From positions 143,530,001 to 143,594,000 of the forward strand of contig OZ024743.1 in the NCBI GenBank assembly GCA_964016885.1: a stretch of 64,000 nt of DNA, written 5' to 3'. The stretch is from Eledone cirrhosa. Taxonomy: Eukaryota. Position 1 is the first letter of the stretch, and each line of letters opens with the position of its first letter. The translations under genes and the position numbers were made by a program. The notes beneath the pieces were generated by a model that saw only the letters and a list, made by a program, of their open reading frames with translations, searched no databases and had not been told where the DNA came from. Shown one piece after another: positions 60,164-64,000 of the stretch.

Positions 60164-62833
60164 GCATAAGGACTCAGAAATACTCAGGTTCGTGTTCGAA
60201 TGCGCAGCAAACCCACCGAGAGTGAGAGACCTCTGATTCACGTTAGGATATCTCTCTGGAGAGTGAAACTCTGATGTAAAACCTGCGGCTCAATAGTAAC
60301 CCATGATGTTGGTCTGTTCTTCTTTTCGGATTATAGCTATTGTTGCTCAGTGAGTGGGATTGGTCCAGTGCAAGGCGTTTCCTCACTCTAAAAAGATTCA
60401 CAGACAGGCATCTCACAATCTTTGAATGATGTGAATGATTGACTGTAGCATTAACAAGTGACATAATGAAAATGAACGCTCAAAATTTTGAACTAAATGG
60501 CTCTACAACAACATCTGGGGAAAGGGTCTGGCCCGGCAGGTGTCCCAGAACATCGCAGCTGAGGACCATCCCAATACTGTGGTGAAACCTTTGAAACTTT
60601 TAAATATTGGTTGTTGGAATGAGAGAATACTGCTTGGTACTACGTCTCTGGAACGTCACGAGAAGACATCATTTCTTGCAGTTAAAGAGCTACGTCATTA
60701 CAATCTGAACATTATCGCTCTGTCGGAAACTCGTTTGCTGGGTAAAGGCCACATAAAGGAATGCACTGGTGACTACATTTTTTTTAGAAAGGTGAAGCGG
60801 AGGGGCTTAGAAGAGAGGCTGGAGTGGTCTTTGCAGTGAAATCAGGACATATGCTCGGGATTGAGGAATTTCCATTGGGTATAAAGGAGCATTTGATGAC
60901 CATGAAAATTCCACTGCAAAAAGGCAGTTGTGTGATTTTAGTTAGTGTATACGCTCCGACAGTATCTGCCTCGGAAGAAGATATATTTTCTTTCTACCAA
61001 ACTTTAAAAGCTGTAATACCCAGTATTCCTATGGCAGATAAGGTTTTCATTCTTCGTGGCGTTAATGTTAGGTAGGTAAAGGCCACAAAACATGGAGTGC
61101 GATTGTCAAGCATGGTGTTGGCCATTATAACAGTAACATACTACTTTTGTCACAAATGTGCGAGGAGATGGGGTTATGCATAACTAAATTCCAGCAAAAT
61201 GATAACGTTAAAACCACTTGGATGCATCAAGGAGCTAAACAATGGAACGTGTTGGATTATATACTTCTGCAGGAGTGTGATATTCGTGACGTTCGGTTGG
61301 TCTGGGTCCTTCGTGGTGCTGAGTGTTGTACGGACCTTCGTTTAGTCCGTGCGCAACTTAAACTTGTGTGTAAAGCAAGAGTAAAATCTGGTTTTCGTGA
61401 GGAACGTGGTACGGCTGACATGATATTTTCTGCCAAACAATTGCAAGAGAAGTGCTTGGAACAATGAATGGATTTGTACTAAGTCTTTGTTGATCTCACC
61501 AAAGCTTTTGACACGGTGAACTGAGGGGCTTTGAGGATAACATTGGATAAGTTTGGGTGCCCTGAAAAATTTCTGAGTATTTTGAAAGGTTTCATGATAG
61601 CATGGTTGCTCTCGTAAATGTGGATGGAAAGCTGTCTGAACCCATAAACGTCAGGAATGAATTGAAAAAGGGAGATATTCTTGCTCCTACATTATTTGCT
61701 TTGTACTTCGCAATAGCATTTCAACTGACTTTCGGGGACTGTAAACATGGTGTTTATATCGTCTATCGAACAATTGGAAATGTCTTCAACATCTGACATT
61801 TTAAGACAAAGACAAAGATATTTTTGACATTGCTGATGGATTAGCTCTATGCCGATGGCTGTAACCTTGTGGCTCGCACAAAAGAGAATATGCAACACTT
61901 AATGGGTGCTTTCGAAAATGATTGCACTGCCTTAGAGTTGACACTAAGTCTCAAGAAAACTGTGATGATGCTGCAATCTGCGCCTGGAAGCCAATACAGG
62001 GAGTCTAATATCTTTGTGTATGGAAAGCGCTTGGGAGTAGTAGAAACGTTTGTCTAGCTTGGAAGCGCAGTAAGCAGGTCTTTCAACCTGGATGATAAAG
62101 TGAATTTCATGATTCTTTTGGAAAGCTTAAGGTGCATCTATGGTCACAACATAGGATCTAACTGCAGACAAAAGTAACTGTGCAACGCATGTGTTCTCAC
62201 ACTGTTACTGTATGTTTGTGAAACATGGGTAACTTACAGGCATCACTACAAACAACTTGAAAGGTTTCACCAAACGAGTCTCAGAAGGATTGATGGAATT
62301 GACTGGAGACACCGAGGTTCTTGAGAGAACTCACTGTGAGAGCATCGAATCTCTGGCTCTAAAAAAACATGCTGAGATGGAGTGATCACATGATGCGCAT
62401 GGATGACAGCCGGCTTCCCAAGAGGATGTTGTATGGAGAAGTGGCCAGTGGAAAGCGACCACCTCAAACCCAGGAAGAGATACAAGGACTGTCTTAAAGA
62501 GTCACTTATAGGAGCTAACATTAATATTGCAACATGGAAACTGAAGCCTTTGATGGAAGTAAATTGTGAACGATGGTGTATTTAGGAAAAAAGGTTTTCG
62601 AGACATCTCGGGTACACAATGGGAAATTTAAAAAGAATACAGGCCTGCTGGCGGCCTAAAAAGGCACACCAAACTGCAATAATATTATATTGAGAGCGTT
62701 ATCACCTGCCAACTATGTGTAAAACACTGTAAGTTACTGGCAGGACTAAAACGCCAAATTCGTTCGCAGCACCCACAGGACTCAAGCTGATGTCGTTTGA
62801 CTGGCATACCCCGATCACGGGGTGGCTGCCATT
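60160..62833 (+). pseudogene. Old RTE/BovB-like LINE with internal deletion (~61385)
   Basis: NIGCWN, ALSETR, VYAPT, FVDLTKAFDTV, C-terminal CQLC finger; 5' UTR shares TCCAGTGCAAGGCGTTTCCT with ~40447. Confidence 0.82.
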
Positions 62834-62949
62834 ATATATATGTATATAGGACCGGATTTAGACCTTAAAAGAGAAGGCGACTTAGTGTACTTCAGCTTTG
62901 GTGAGCCCCTAATATATCAAACACTTTAAAGTCATTTCCCTGCTAAAGG

Positions 62950-63425
62950 TTGATTTTGTGGTCCACATGACAAGGTTCTACACTTTGCCATGTCAGCTGT
63001 CCCTCACCTCAAGACCACCCTGTGCTCTCAATCTCCAGTTATGTAATGTTGTTTTCCCCTTTTTTTACCTACCTTCACATTCATTTCCAACACTCATCTC
63101 ATCCAGCCACTTCCATCCTTCTTCAACTCATGATCCAAACATCTATTCCCATTTATCTTCGCAACATTCACCAATGCCCCTATTCCCACCATCCTCTACA
63201 CTTCATTGTCTCTGCTCACCCACTGAACCAATCTTATTTCTGTTCTTTCCATCCTTCTCTGCTGCTCCACATTCATAGCATGTGTCTCGTTCCCACAAAT
63301 CATGGTACTTCTTATACATGAAGCATACATATTATTCTTCAGTTTCAATGGCAATCCTCTCCTCATTAACACATCACTCAGATCCTGTAACTTCTTCCAA
63401 TTTTTGTGTATAGAACCTTCATTCA
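62950..63425 (-). pseudogene. Degenerate RTE C-terminal fragment
   Basis: WKKL..LKLK..Y..CIRSTM..G.ET. Confidence 0.65.
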
Positions 63426-64000
63426 CAAAAATTAAAACTCAGCAAATTACCAAATATATATTAAAAAGTCTATTTATTATTTCCATAATTGAAAATGTTA
63501 ATTTATACATACAACATTTAAATGCAAAAAAAAAAAATCAAATCAAAACAAAACAAAACAAATTCTCATGATTAAGCTGGTGTTTGAAAAATAACAAATG
63601 TTCTTACATAAAATTATGGTTGAATGTTTTTGGATAGATTTAAACTTTTTAAAACAAACTTTTATATTGTAGAAGCAGTTTCAGGTGGTTTTGTATATAT
63701 AAAAAAAAACAGTAATAGCTTATCAAACTACATTTTACTGACAAGGCTAGATTTTAAAATTCACTTGCGTTTCTCCTAATATTAATAATGGTAAATCTGG
63801 AAAAAAGTAAATAATTTCTCCAGTGGCAACCTGGTGCAGTCTGCGATTAACCCAGGCTCTGCCGCACTTTGGGCCTAGGAGAGTAAACTCTCCAAATATC
63901 GGTCACTCTCCGACAGGTTTGTGGTCGAGCTAATAGCAGTAGAGATTTCTGGTGTCCTTGACCCTAGGACTACATCCCTACTCACCACCATCGGCACTGA

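Overview
AT-rich, gene-free eukaryotic repeat cluster; the SINE and LINE types suggest a cephalopod such as Octopus (inference). No host gene is evident, and all the Y/I/H/T-rich ORFs are translations of microsatellite. Large (TA)n/(TACA)n arrays are packed with non-LTR retroelements: three related RTE families with a PHD finger inserted inside the RT, old BovB-like RTEs, a CR1, and three Penelope-like elements (PLEs). There are also SINEs, Helitron-type non-autonomous elements, a hAT relic and a 200-N gap. The main signal not explained by the ORF track is about 10 distinct type I hammerhead ribozyme (HHR) motifs, read by eye. Two lie in the 3' UTRs of PLEs. Two define non-coding head-to-tail tandem monomers of 312 bp and 472 bp (retrozyme-like, candidate circRNA templates). 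Several more lie in short foldback insertions whose inversion apex often sits at the ribozyme's 5' edge. Variants include a recurrent U-U pair at the base of stem II, a U3-A8 compensatory core, a U4A core and a greatly extended stem II. None of the folds was computed or tested.
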